From Candidatus Brocadiia bacterium (GTDB lineage Bacteria > Planctomycetota > Brocadiia > SM23-32): a stretch of 64,000 nt of DNA. Positions 42,139 to 51,852 of the stretch are shown piece after piece. Where the stretch lies: the NCBI GenBank assembly GCA_046538485.1, contig JBKHIT010000010.1, positions 40,568 through 104,567 of the forward strand, read 5' to 3'. The first letter of the stretch is position 1; each line of letters starts with the position of its first letter. The notes beneath the pieces are model-generated. The model was given only the letters and a program-made list of their open reading frames with translations, was not told where the DNA came from and did no database searches. The position numbers were made by a program, and so were the translations under genes.

Positions 42139-43476
42139 TTATTGCGGAACATTCCTTTCTGATTCGGGCTTTGGATAAAGAGCTACCTTGTTGGCATCCT
42201 TGACCACCAGAATCGGTTCGTCGCTTTCCTCCTGCCATCGATCGACGACTTTCTGCGGATCCTGCACAGGGCTCAGATGGGCAGCTCGAACCGTTTCCGG
42301 ATCTAACTCGCTGTGAAGATAAACGGCCTTGAGCTTCTGCAACAAGCGGGCGAATTTGTAGGCTTTGTGCGAGTAAAGAACGTAATTTTCTTTAAGCCCG
42401 GCCAGCACCTCGGGGATGGGTGCGGTCAGACGATCGTAAAAATTCTCCCTCGCCTCGTGTGTAGTCGCCACACCTTTCCGGCAGGCCGCCAGGAGCAACA
42501 CTTCACCGGACTCGCGAATGCAGTTTTTCGCCAGCTCCAGTCCCCGCTGCGCATTGTAAAGGGTCTCATCCTGCGGATCACTCCCGGGGGCAACGATCAC
42601 GCGGGAACGCGGTTCGCGATGGCAGCTCGCAAACGCATCGACCCGTTTTATTCCTTCGCACACAACTTCCTGCATCTCCCCCGCCCCCGCCCATAGAACA
42701 CCGTTTTCGGTCGTGATCGATCCCAGCACGAAACAGGGCCGGGAACCTGCGATCATCTTCCAGGCTTCCATCATATCCAGCGCAACCGGATTAAAGCGAC
42801 GGGCGGGGTCGGGATGCCAGGGATGTCGCCCGAACGTGGAGGACGGTTTGAGGGCCAGAGAATGATTGCCCTCGATCGAGTTAAATGAAGAGATACCGGG
42901 CAAAAACGCTTTGAGAGCGTTGGAATACCCGGCGAAATAGTGATTCTTCATATCCGACGCAACCACAAAGACGTCGCAGGAGAGTGCATCCGGATTGGCC
43001 GCCACGATTGTGCTCCGCGTGGTCCTGCCGAGATTCACCAGATCCGGACTATGGCAGTCGTGGATGGATATTTCAGCGGGAATTTCCATCTTCGCCGCTG
43101 CCTTGCGAAAACCCTCAATGATCTCCAGATTTCCCGAACTCTCCAGTTCGTGAGATCCCGTCGCAATGACAGCCGTCACGCTTTTTGCCCCCGTAAAACG
43201 CGGCAGACAAGCGTCGACGTAGGCATGGTGCGGTTCGGACCTCGTCGCATCGGCGAGAATCAAGCAGACTTTTTTATCCTCAACCAGGTTCGCAAGGGAG
43301 GTAAAACCGACGGGAGCAGCAACAGCATCTTCGAAAGCAGCGTTTGGCTCGCACAACTCTTGTGGGTAATTTATCCCGGCCATCTGACGGGACTTCTCTG
43401 GAATTTGCAGTTTGACAGACCCTTTTCCGCACGGAAGCGAAATGACACCATTCGAACCGTTTGTTTTTTCAGCCAT
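42139..43476 (-). CDS. Lactate racemase (LarA)-superfamily nickel-pincer racemase/epimerase
   Basis: DATR, IATGSH, HDC, HYFAGYSNALKAFLPG (cf. LarA HFFAGFSGGRK), LYNAQRGL. Confidence 0.8.
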   Translation of the reverse strand: MAEKTNGSNGVISLPCGKGSVKLQIPEKSRQMAGINYPQELCEPNAAFEDAVAAPVGFTSLANLVEDKKVCLILADATRSEPHHAYVDACLPRFTGAKSVTAVIATGSHELESSGNLEIIEGFRKAAAKMEIPAEISIHDCHSPDLVNLGRTTRSTIVAANPDALSCDVFVVASDMKNHYFAGYSNALKAFLPGISSFNSIEGNHSLALKPSSTFGRHPWHPDPARRFNPVALDMMEAWKMIAGSRPCFVLGSITTENGVLWAGAGEMQEVVCEGIKRVDAFASCHREPRSRVIVAPGSDPQDETLYNAQRGLELAKNCIRESGEVLLLAACRKGVATTHEARENFYDRLTAPIPEVLAGLKENYVLYSHKAYKFARLLQKLKAVYLHSELDPETVRAAHLSPVQDPQKVVDRWQEESDEPILVVKDANKVALYPKPESERNVPQ

Positions 43477-43805
43477 TGCAAGGATGCTTCAATTGCAGAG
43501 TGGAAAAAGTGCCGGCAACAATACCGTTTCAATTCTAAAGGTTCTGACGGCACCGGGCGAATTGATGCCCCCTTAAAGAGTAGAAATAAGCCCTGAATGT
43601 CCCTGTCACCGCTACGAAAAATGAAGACTCATTAATGCAAATCGATGAAATCGACCCACGAACCGGCCATATTTGTACCCGTATGGGTGTGAGAGGTATA
43701 ATTCGTACTAACGTCTGACAGGTCTGGTGCAGAAGAATCTTTTATCCACGCAACAGAATTGTCAACATACAAAACGTTGTGGCCATCGCAGCGTCGGCGG
43801 CTCGC

Positions 43806-44891
43806 TCATTGCTTTTCGTTTCGAACAACAACCCGCGGCTTCACAATTTCCACAGTATCTCCGATATCCTGTCCCGCCAGCGCTTTCTGAAGCATTCTGT
43901 GGGCGCGCACGGCGAGTTCCTGCAATTGCAAATTGACACTTGTAAAGGGAGGTATACCGACCTGGCTCCAGGGGGTATCGTAGAAACCTGCAAATTCTAC
44001 TTCATCCGCAAGTTCCGGGTGGTCTTGCCGGAGAAGACGCTGTGTGGTAAAGGATATGACGTCCAGTGTAGAAAAAACGACCGTAGGGTGCTTGTCCTGC
44101 TGGAAAGATGAAAGTATTTCTTCTTCATTGAGTCGAGGCAGAACCTCCACACTATGGGGCACACTCACGGGCTGAAACTCTCCTCCCAGCTTTCTCCATT
44201 CGTAGATGAAGGCCTCTCGAGGCTGCAAGGGATCAAAAAGGCCGTCTCCCGATGAGGTTTCCTCGAGATCTTCCGAAACGGACCCATATCCGGCCGGTGC
44301 CATGACCAGCGCCCGCCGGTGGCCCCGCTGGAACAGATAGCGCGCGAGCTCACGGGCCCCGGCTTCGTAATCCGAAAGCACTCTCATCATCCCCGGCAAC
44401 TCCGGCCCCTGCCACTCTGCAATGCCCACTATGATTTTATTGGCAAACAATTCGGATTCGAGGATAGAATACGGGAACCCTCCGGAACCCCGCACAATAA
44501 AAGCCTGCACCTCGGAGCGACCCAACCGCATCAATTGTTGCCGTCCGTCCTCATCATCCGCATCGAAGAAAATGGGGATCCGTTCGTCGCTCTGCACCAT
44601 TGTTCCCAGTAAATCTGCCAGCTCGCCCCAGACGTGTTTACCGGCACCGAGTCCGACGGCAATGGTGCGAGAAAGTGTCACATGGGGAAGATCTTCAGTT
44701 ACAAACACTTCACCTTTCTCGTTGATCTCCACATATCCGAGTTGCTCCAATCGCACAATAGCCTCGCCGACCGGCCCGGAAGTCGTCCCAAATCGACGAG
44801 CCAGCTCCCCAACAGAGGGCAAACGCGCTCCACTGCTTCGCTTGCCCGCCACGATTTCAGCACGGATTGTCTCACAAATATGTTCTTCCAT
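43806..44891 (-). CDS. GntR-type HTH regulator with LacI-like ligand-binding domain (paralog 1)
   Basis: G.RLPSVGELARRFGTT wHTH; RVLSDYEAGA...GHRR...AGFYDTPWS..PPFTSV. Confidence 0.88.
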   Translation of the reverse strand: MEEHICETIRAEIVAGKRSSGARLPSVGELARRFGTTSGPVGEAIVRLEQLGYVEINEKGEVFVTEDLPHVTLSRTIAVGLGAGKHVWGELADLLGTMVQSDERIPIFFDADDEDGRQQLMRLGRSEVQAFIVRGSGGFPYSILESELFANKIIVGIAEWQGPELPGMMRVLSDYEAGARELARYLFQRGHRRALVMAPAGYGSVSEDLEETSSGDGLFDPLQPREAFIYEWRKLGGEFQPVSVPHSVEVLPRLNEEEILSSFQQDKHPTVVFSTLDVISFTTQRLLRQDHPELADEVEFAGFYDTPWSQVGIPPFTSVNLQLQELAVRAHRMLQKALAGQDIGDTVEIVKPRVVVRNEKQ

Positions 44892-44951
44892 ATTTTCCGA
44901 TTAATCCCCCAATCTAAAAAAGCAGGTAAATTTACCAGTGGTCCATGACAG

Positions 44952-45004
44952 TTGATTTTATGGGTTCAGCCGGTCGCTGGTAGTGCATGTGCAAGACGCA
45001 GCGA
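44952..45004 (+). repeat. ~55-bp dispersed repeat family C (copy 1)
   Basis: TTGATTTT.TGGGTTCAGCCGGTCG...TGCAAG..GCAG; inverted copy at 47850-47902. Confidence 0.65.
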
Positions 45005-45100
45005 CAAGTTCAACCCAAACGGGTCCACGGCGAACGGCAACGCAGCAGGTGGGCTGCCAGCGCCCGGCCCGCAGGGAGTAATTCTGCCGGGGCATTTCTC

Positions 45101-46183
45101 TCAATTGCCCTGCTTACGAATGACAAGCCTGGGTTTCACAACTTCCAGTTTCTGCCGCACCTCTTCCCCGTTCAACGCTTTCTGGAGCATTCGATGCGCC
45201 CGAACAGCAAGCTCTTCCAGCCTCAAATTGACGCTTGTGAAAGGCGGATGGCCTGCCCTGCTCCAGGGAGAATCGTAAAAACCCGCGAAATATATCTCTT
45301 CAAAAATTTCCGGTCGTTGTTCACGAACCCAACGTTGTATGGCAAAAGATAAAACATCCATCGTGCTGAAGACCGCCGGACGCTCAGAATCGCCTCCGAA
45401 ACAACGCCGATAGGCATCCTCAGGAACGGAGGGTAAGACCTCCATACCCAGTTCCACAATCAGGGTTTCATATTCACCACCCAGCCGTTTCCATTCGTCA
45501 AGGAGCACTTTTCCTGGTCGACGAGGAACAAATTTCTGGTTCTCATCCGCATCGTCACCCAACACCGGCTGGAAATGATGTTCACCGGGCGCTACTGCCA
45601 GCAGACGCCGGTGGCCTCTATTGAACAAATGGCGCGCGAGAAGCCGCGCCCCCGCTTCGTAATCGGATAGCACACGCAACATGCCCGGCAGAACAGGCCC
45701 TTCCCAATCCGCAATACCCAGAATAATTTTATCGCTGAACAAATCATTTTGAAGAATCCTGTACGGAAACCCTCGAGTGCCCCTTATCACAAATGCCTCA
45801 ACCTGAGAACCTCCCAGCCGTTCTAATTGCTGGCGCCCCTCCTGGTCCTCAACATCGAACACCACGGGCAGACGTTCGTCTTCCTGGAACATGGCCGCGA
45901 GAAGTTCTGCAAGATCACCCCAGACGTGACGGCTCCTTCCCAAACCCACAGCGACCGTATGCGAAAGCGTCAGGTCCGGTGGTGTCTGAACAAGATACGT
46001 GCCATCTTCCCCTTCAGGTTCCAAATAGTTGAGTCTTTCAAGCTTCTCGAGAGATTCTATGACTTCATCCTCCGTCGTTCCAAAACGACGCGCCAGGATT
46101 TCCACAGACGGAAGCCGCGATCCGGGGTTTCTTTCTCCCCCGGTGATTTCGTTCCGAATTGTCTGGACAATATGTTGCTTCAT
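45101..46183 (-). CDS. GntR-type HTH regulator with LacI-like ligand-binding domain (paralog 2)
   Basis: Colinear and highly similar to 43806-44891. Confidence 0.88.
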   Translation of the reverse strand: MKQHIVQTIRNEITGGERNPGSRLPSVEILARRFGTTEDEVIESLEKLERLNYLEPEGEDGTYLVQTPPDLTLSHTVAVGLGRSRHVWGDLAELLAAMFQEDERLPVVFDVEDQEGRQQLERLGGSQVEAFVIRGTRGFPYRILQNDLFSDKIILGIADWEGPVLPGMLRVLSDYEAGARLLARHLFNRGHRRLLAVAPGEHHFQPVLGDDADENQKFVPRRPGKVLLDEWKRLGGEYETLIVELGMEVLPSVPEDAYRRCFGGDSERPAVFSTMDVLSFAIQRWVREQRPEIFEEIYFAGFYDSPWSRAGHPPFTSVNLRLEELAVRAHRMLQKALNGEEVRQKLEVVKPRLVIRKQGN

Positions 46184-46470
46184 CTTTTCTGGCTGCCAGC
46201 CTCTCTGTGTAAATACCCGGGATTTGCGCTTGAGTCATAAAATCCCCAAAGGAAATAATAACGTTTCCGGTCTTTTGCATCAACAACCAGCCGCGAACCG
46301 CGTGAAAAATGCCCCATTTCCGCGAACGGAATACAGCAGCGCAGAACCTCCCCAAACGGTCGGACGAAAGCGAGCTTTCAAAAACAGTACCGGTGTCGCT
46401 GAGCCCACATGCGATCCCCTGGTGACCAAAAAACCGCAATTCCCCGCCTCAAAGGCCGGAACAGGTTAGA

Positions 46471-47874
46471 TCATCTGGCCCTCCCCAGACGAAATAGTTC
46501 GGTCTGTGGCGGATCTATTTTCAGGTGCAATTTCTGCAGTGATTTCCCCAGCTCTTTTCCTTCCCGCAAATCCCAGACCTGGCGTTTTCCGGGCAACTTG
46601 ATCGTGAGGTCGCCCGGGCAAACAGAATGCACAGTCAAACTGGTGGAATCGGCAAAAATCAGCGCGTCTTTTTCACAATACACATGGGTGCCGCTGGAGC
46701 GTGCCATCAGCGGCCACCCCAGCATCGTCTGTTTGAAGGCATCGAGACCGGCCAACTTATTCGGCGCTTCGGCCTTGATAGCCTTCAGGACCGTTCGAAA
46801 ATTGTGTTCCGTCAGTTGTCGCATGCATTCGCAGTAATCTTTCACAGCGACCATTTCTTCGGGTTCAGGCCAGTGCAAGCGGTGGGGAGCGCTTTCATGC
46901 CGTCCGCCAAGCCGCCCAATTTCGCTTGCCACTGTCTCTCCCGCTTCATGCCATTCCTGATCCGATGGAACCTCGACCGACTCCAGAGTCACATCTTCGC
47001 TGGCCCATGCCGCCTGGAGTTTTTCGTCACTGCCGTATTTTTCTTTGAGAAAACGACGGAAGGCCTCCTGCATGACGGGACTCTGGTCAAACAAATATCC
47101 CTCACACGTCAGGTGGGTTGTCCCTTCGCCCATCGGGTAATTGAGATATCCGATAACCCGATCGGCCCAGGGCCGTGATTCACAGAACGCCACCACATTC
47201 CGCACGAACTTTTTCATTTGTTCCTTACACAGTTCTGAAGCGAGCGAAGCCTCCCGGTACCGCTTACCGTAGCTGTTAAGCAACATATGGTCCGGATTGT
47301 TTCTCCTAAAATCGGACGGCGGCCGAGTGGAAAACCGCACCCAGAGGCGTGCATCTGGGACGAGATCAAGCACAAAATTATCCATGTCTGAAGGGCTGAC
47401 GTCCTCGGCCTCTTCGGGCGGGACTTTCGGAAACGCCCCATCATCTGTCCAAAAAGCCGTCTTGCCCCATTCTCCATCCACGCCCCCTCGGACCGGGAGC
47501 ATGAAAACTTTGCAATTATTCTTTGCAAACTTGCGCAGTATTTTTTTGCTTCCCGGAGCATCCAGATCGTAGCACAGATTGTAGCAATAGGGCGATGTCG
47601 GTTCACCGTCCTCAAAAACGACGGGTTTACCGCGGTAGTTTTCTACCTCATAATCCTTCTGCACTTCGTCCGCACTCACAGCTTTCTCCTGACCGGATAA
47701 GGGAACCACTCCGACGTTGAAAAAAATGATTACCAGAACAGCAAGCAACGGGTATCGGATTTGCGCTGTTTTTTTGACCTTTGTAAAGATTTTGCCGATT
47801 GAATCGAAAATAATACCAACATTCCGTTGCAGACCGAAAGCTCCATTTCTCACTGCACCTTGCATCTGAACCAC
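46471..47874 (-). CDS. Glycoside hydrolase-like (beta-galactosidase/GH42-like) protein, probably internally deleted; start uncertain
   Basis: ASLASE, DRVIGY, GE, AFRRFLKEKYGSDEKLQAAW motifs jump directly to a C-terminal ARSSGTHVY...HSVCPG..IKLP motif. Confidence 0.55.
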   Translation of the reverse strand: MVQMQGAVRNGAFGLQRNVGIIFDSIGKIFTKVKKTAQIRYPLLAVLVIIFFNVGVVPLSGQEKAVSADEVQKDYEVENYRGKPVVFEDGEPTSPYCYNLCYDLDAPGSKKILRKFAKNNCKVFMLPVRGGVDGEWGKTAFWTDDGAFPKVPPEEAEDVSPSDMDNFVLDLVPDARLWVRFSTRPPSDFRRNNPDHMLLNSYGKRYREASLASELCKEQMKKFVRNVVAFCESRPWADRVIGYLNYPMGEGTTHLTCEGYLFDQSPVMQEAFRRFLKEKYGSDEKLQAAWASEDVTLESVEVPSDQEWHEAGETVASEIGRLGGRHESAPHRLHWPEPEEMVAVKDYCECMRQLTEHNFRTVLKAIKAEAPNKLAGLDAFKQTMLGWPLMARSSGTHVYCEKDALIFADSTSLTVHSVCPGDLTIKLPGKRQVWDLREGKELGKSLQKLHLKIDPPQTELFRLGRAR

Positions 47875-47902
47875 CGACGACCGGCTGAACCCACAAAATC
47901 AA
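47850..47902 (-). repeat. ~55-bp dispersed repeat family C (copy 2)
   Basis: Reverse complement matches 44952-45004. Confidence 0.65.
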
Positions 47903-47967
47903 ATGGAACGGACCACTGGCTCCCGGTTTATCCTTTCTTGGTTCGGCCCGGGTTGGAAAGCCCGTCG

Positions 47968-50900
47968 TTACTCCACCTTTCGGGAAACATCTTCCAGAAC
48001 CGGCTCAAACGGCCGTTCCCACCCGAGCGGGAAGACCATATCTTTGACGACCAGATCGTGTTCTCCCGCGGGGACTGTTAGACCAATCAAATTCGTGCGC
48101 GTCCATCGGCCGAAACCGCTGGCCGGCCAGTCAGTCCAACAGGGCATCCACTCTTTCCCATCGACCCAATACTGGGGACGGCGGATAAAATCGGGTCTGG
48201 TCACATGGAGCACGCGTTCCCGGCCTTCGGTATGAATTTGGATTGTTTTTCCGTCCAGACTGGCTTCGAAAGGTCCTTCTCCGTAAACCAAAACGCCGTG
48301 CCCCAGACCAACCGATTTGTGGTCTCCCTTGCCATTCGATCTGACTTCGAACATGTTTCTTTTAAGTTTTTTCCGGCCCACCACACGTTCGAATGGCGCT
48401 TCCCCTTCGTAAATATGTTCTTTGTAGCCGATCTTGCCTTCCCCGGCTGTTATCGAAAACACGATTCTGTCCCGGAAAATGCGAACTGATCCCGTGCGCG
48501 CGGTGAACACTACATCTTCTTTCTTGAAATCCAGCTTCCTGTCGCTGATAAAATTGTAATCCTTGAATTTATCCGCCCACACCTTTATGCAACCTCCCCC
48601 GATTTTTTGAAAAACAGGAAGCTTCTCACCGCTTTCATACGGCCAGACGACATAAAAATAATCCCGGCCCGGTTGCCCGACCGCTTCGACGATCGTTTTG
48701 GTTTCCGGTTTTAAATTTTCCCCAAATCCCAACCCTGGCAAATCCGTATTGTGCGGCATTCTGATATTCACCGTAAATGTGAGGCGCGCACGCCACGGCA
48801 ACTCTTGCTTCCCCGAAAACCAAAAATGAAGTCCGGCCCCATGGCCACTGTCCATCTCCACACGGCGACCGGAAACCGTTTTGAGTTTGCTCACATCGGG
48901 AACCTTGTCGTGGGGCGTAGATTTCGGATTGAGCTTTGTGCCGTCCACTTTAATGTGATCGGCCTCGCCCAGATTCAACCATGTCCACCACGTACGATCG
49001 CTGTCGGGATTACCGGGGAATGTATCTCGCATGACAAAATAACTGGCCAGCTCTGGCTCAGAGCCCTTCACAAACAGAACGTGGCGCCGCCAATGACGCT
49101 CCTTTTTATCTTCGTAGAGTTCCGGCGGATAAAAACGGTCCGCCATCGCGTAATCCACGTTATCGCCGAATCCGTAATCCCGCACTGCGGCGTCAACGCG
49201 CCCGAAGATTTCTTTTTTGTCGTGTTTCACCAGCTTGACCTGGTTGTGATAGATCGCGTTGTTGGCACTGATGCAGGCAGGGCCATATGCGTAACCCGTC
49301 CCCGGGGAAAGTGGAGCCCCCTTCCCGTAGATGATGACATTGAAGTAATCGGGGTCCCAGTGTGACCAATTCATACCCGCTCGGAATAGCATCGCCGTCT
49401 CGTGCGGAGTATTCGCATGATTCCGAAACATCACGCCGTAGGTCGGGAAAAACTCTGTTTGCAGTGGCTTTTCACGCGGAGGAATAGCAGGCCGGAAATT
49501 GAACGCATTGAAAGGGGAATTTCCTCTGAATTTTGCCACGCCGTTGGCCCCGACGCATTCCTGGTGCATGTAACGCAGATAACCGGCCAGCTCTTCGTCA
49601 TCACCCGCAGCCGCCCGCATTGCAAGCCCAAATATGGGTGTGACCCGGTCCCCGCTGTTGCCCATACCGGGAATAATACGGAGGTTTCCGAAACGCGGAT
49701 CCTGCATTGTAAGATTCGCCAGATAGCGCAAAGTATCGCCATGGTAATCGGATTCCGTCAGATTAACTGTTCCGGTATTACGCAGAATATTGATCCCCGC
49801 ATCGAGAAATCGGGTCGGTCCGTATAGTTGATAATTCGGGCACGCGACCCACGTGCCATCAGGGGCTGTCTGCGTGGCCAGTTTGAAACGGGTGTAACGC
49901 TGCAACCGGTCCATCCAGTAATCATAGCGCGGATGATCGGGAATCTGCGAAGCAAAATACCCCAGCGCCAGCGTTCGGTTGATCGTCATATTGTTGTTAC
50001 CCAGATGAACACCGGCGCCCCGCGGATTGAAATCGGGATCCGACAGCAGATATGACCACAAAGCAAGATAACGACGGATCTCATCCCGCATCTTTTCAGG
50101 CAAATCCGGACAGGCCAGAGCGTCCTCCGCCAGATGTGCTCTCTTCAGCTGCCCCGCCTGGCGGTAATGTGAGAGACCTGTGACATGCCACTGACTCTTT
50201 TTTCGGCGGATCCAACCCAAAAATTGTTTCCCATGCCGGACAGCGTCCTCCGTTTGCCCGCTGAAAACATAATAACTTTGCAGGACGTCACGATCCGGAT
50301 TTTTCTCAATTGATTTTCCCAATTCCCTGACGATCTCGGGCGTTATAAAGGCACGGGGATAAGTTTTCGCCGGAGATCTCCTTTGCCGCCAATCGAGCTG
50401 CCATTCTTTATACCGGTCGAGACCGATATGTCCGAAACGCCACTGTGCCCTGTGCAACTTGTCTCCGAAATAAAGGCCCCAAACGCGCCGGGCGTAACTT
50501 TTTTTCAAATCCCGGTCATGCTCGTGCGTTGAGAATGGCGATCTCTCATCGGCTACATCGTATTGCCACCAAATCCAGCGGGCGTCGAGGGGGAGTCCGA
50601 CTGAAACCCCTTTGCCTTTCTGGAACCAGGCGTTCAGGGCCATTGTTCGGCGCCAGGATCCAACATGCAAAGGGATAAGTCCGACGCGTTGCGGGTCGTC
50701 TGTTTCGCCATTTGTCAGTTGAATACCGCCTTTCAAACCACCCCATTTGCCACCCGGAACGATGCGATCAAGCCGGAACATACCTTTAACAGGCACAATG
50801 GGCGGCGGAGCCGTGCCGGTCCCGCCAAAGGATTCCGGCTTAAAATGCGCTTTGCGTTTCTTCTCAATATGCTTTTTGAAATCGTACAGCCCCGTTTTCA

Positions 50901-51765
50901 CCGATGTCTCGCCCGCCTGCTGCACGTAACCAACCGTCCCGGGCGACCAGCCCTCGTTGAGATCGAGCAGGAGAAAATTCGCATTGTTTTTCTTCAATAC
51001 CCCCGCGTCCAGTTCCTCGGTCACGACTGCTACCGGCATGCCTGGAGACATCTGCAGACGCCACACGTACCGGCCCCGGGGAGCAAAATGGTAACGGGCC
51101 TCGTACTCAAAACATGCGGGCCCTTTCCGCAGGACCGTGATCGCCCCAAAGGTAATTTTCCATTCCTTGAGAACAAATCGGGCCCCACCCATCCACTCCC
51201 CGCCTTTCGGCCGCCAGGCCAAAATCGGCGGGATCATCTTCTCGCCAGAGGCCGGCTTGTCAAACTGTATCGATCTCGGCTGTGGTATCCGCAAGGCAAA
51301 AAACTCGTTGCTTACTTCCAAACATTCTCCTTGCCTCTCCACATTGAGTGTGGTGTTTTCGCCTCGCCTGTCCTTTTCAGATTTCTGGAGTCGATAAACC
51401 GTTTGAGTCCCCTGCGCAGCCTCCGCAACGAAACAAAGAATCTCATCTTTAATCTGAAAAGGAACCGCCTTGTCATTTTGATCCAGAAGAACGAGTGGAT
51501 CTTTTTTCTTAAACCATTTCTTCAGACGAAAATGCACGAGTTCAGGTCCCCAGTCCCTGTAGCCGTAATCCCTGAAGACAATCCGCCCATCCTTCGGTAT
51601 CACTGAAAGGGTATCAGCAGCATTGGCGCTCCCGACCCCGAAGATCCCCCACGCCAGAGCAAACAACCATCCGGCAAAAAGCACCTGATATGGGCAGTGC
51701 AAATATCTCAAAATCCAGCCCTCTCTTTTGAAAAAGCGATCCAGGAATGTTTTTTTGTCGCTCAA
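47968..51765 (-). CDS. Large secreted heparinase II/III-like polysaccharide lyase (paralog 1)
   Basis: YPRAFIT, helical region with HLGNNNM, GVMFRN...SHWDPD.FNVIIYGKGAPL, HNQV, WRRHVLF. Confidence 0.6.
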   Translation of the reverse strand: MSDKKTFLDRFFKREGWILRYLHCPYQVLFAGWLFALAWGIFGVGSANAADTLSVIPKDGRIVFRDYGYRDWGPELVHFRLKKWFKKKDPLVLLDQNDKAVPFQIKDEILCFVAEAAQGTQTVYRLQKSEKDRRGENTTLNVERQGECLEVSNEFFALRIPQPRSIQFDKPASGEKMIPPILAWRPKGGEWMGGARFVLKEWKITFGAITVLRKGPACFEYEARYHFAPRGRYVWRLQMSPGMPVAVVTEELDAGVLKKNNANFLLLDLNEGWSPGTVGYVQQAGETSVKTGLYDFKKHIEKKRKAHFKPESFGGTGTAPPPIVPVKGMFRLDRIVPGGKWGGLKGGIQLTNGETDDPQRVGLIPLHVGSWRRTMALNAWFQKGKGVSVGLPLDARWIWWQYDVADERSPFSTHEHDRDLKKSYARRVWGLYFGDKLHRAQWRFGHIGLDRYKEWQLDWRQRRSPAKTYPRAFITPEIVRELGKSIEKNPDRDVLQSYYVFSGQTEDAVRHGKQFLGWIRRKKSQWHVTGLSHYRQAGQLKRAHLAEDALACPDLPEKMRDEIRRYLALWSYLLSDPDFNPRGAGVHLGNNNMTINRTLALGYFASQIPDHPRYDYWMDRLQRYTRFKLATQTAPDGTWVACPNYQLYGPTRFLDAGINILRNTGTVNLTESDYHGDTLRYLANLTMQDPRFGNLRIIPGMGNSGDRVTPIFGLAMRAAAGDDEELAGYLRYMHQECVGANGVAKFRGNSPFNAFNFRPAIPPREKPLQTEFFPTYGVMFRNHANTPHETAMLFRAGMNWSHWDPDYFNVIIYGKGAPLSPGTGYAYGPACISANNAIYHNQVKLVKHDKKEIFGRVDAAVRDYGFGDNVDYAMADRFYPPELYEDKKERHWRRHVLFVKGSEPELASYFVMRDTFPGNPDSDRTWWTWLNLGEADHIKVDGTKLNPKSTPHDKVPDVSKLKTVSGRRVEMDSGHGAGLHFWFSGKQELPWRARLTFTVNIRMPHNTDLPGLGFGENLKPETKTIVEAVGQPGRDYFYVVWPYESGEKLPVFQKIGGGCIKVWADKFKDYNFISDRKLDFKKEDVVFTARTGSVRIFRDRIVFSITAGEGKIGYKEHIYEGEAPFERVVGRKKLKRNMFEVRSNGKGDHKSVGLGHGVLVYGEGPFEASLDGKTIQIHTEGRERVLHVTRPDFIRRPQYWVDGKEWMPCWTDWPASGFGRWTRTNLIGLTVPAGEHDLVVKDMVFPLGWERPFEPVLEDVSRKVE

Positions 51766-51852
51766 CTTCCAACCTCAATCATGACAGGCCGATAAAAACT
51801 TTTTAAACAAAAGCCGTGGTCCCACTGTGGTAACCCGCATATTTTGCGGCCC

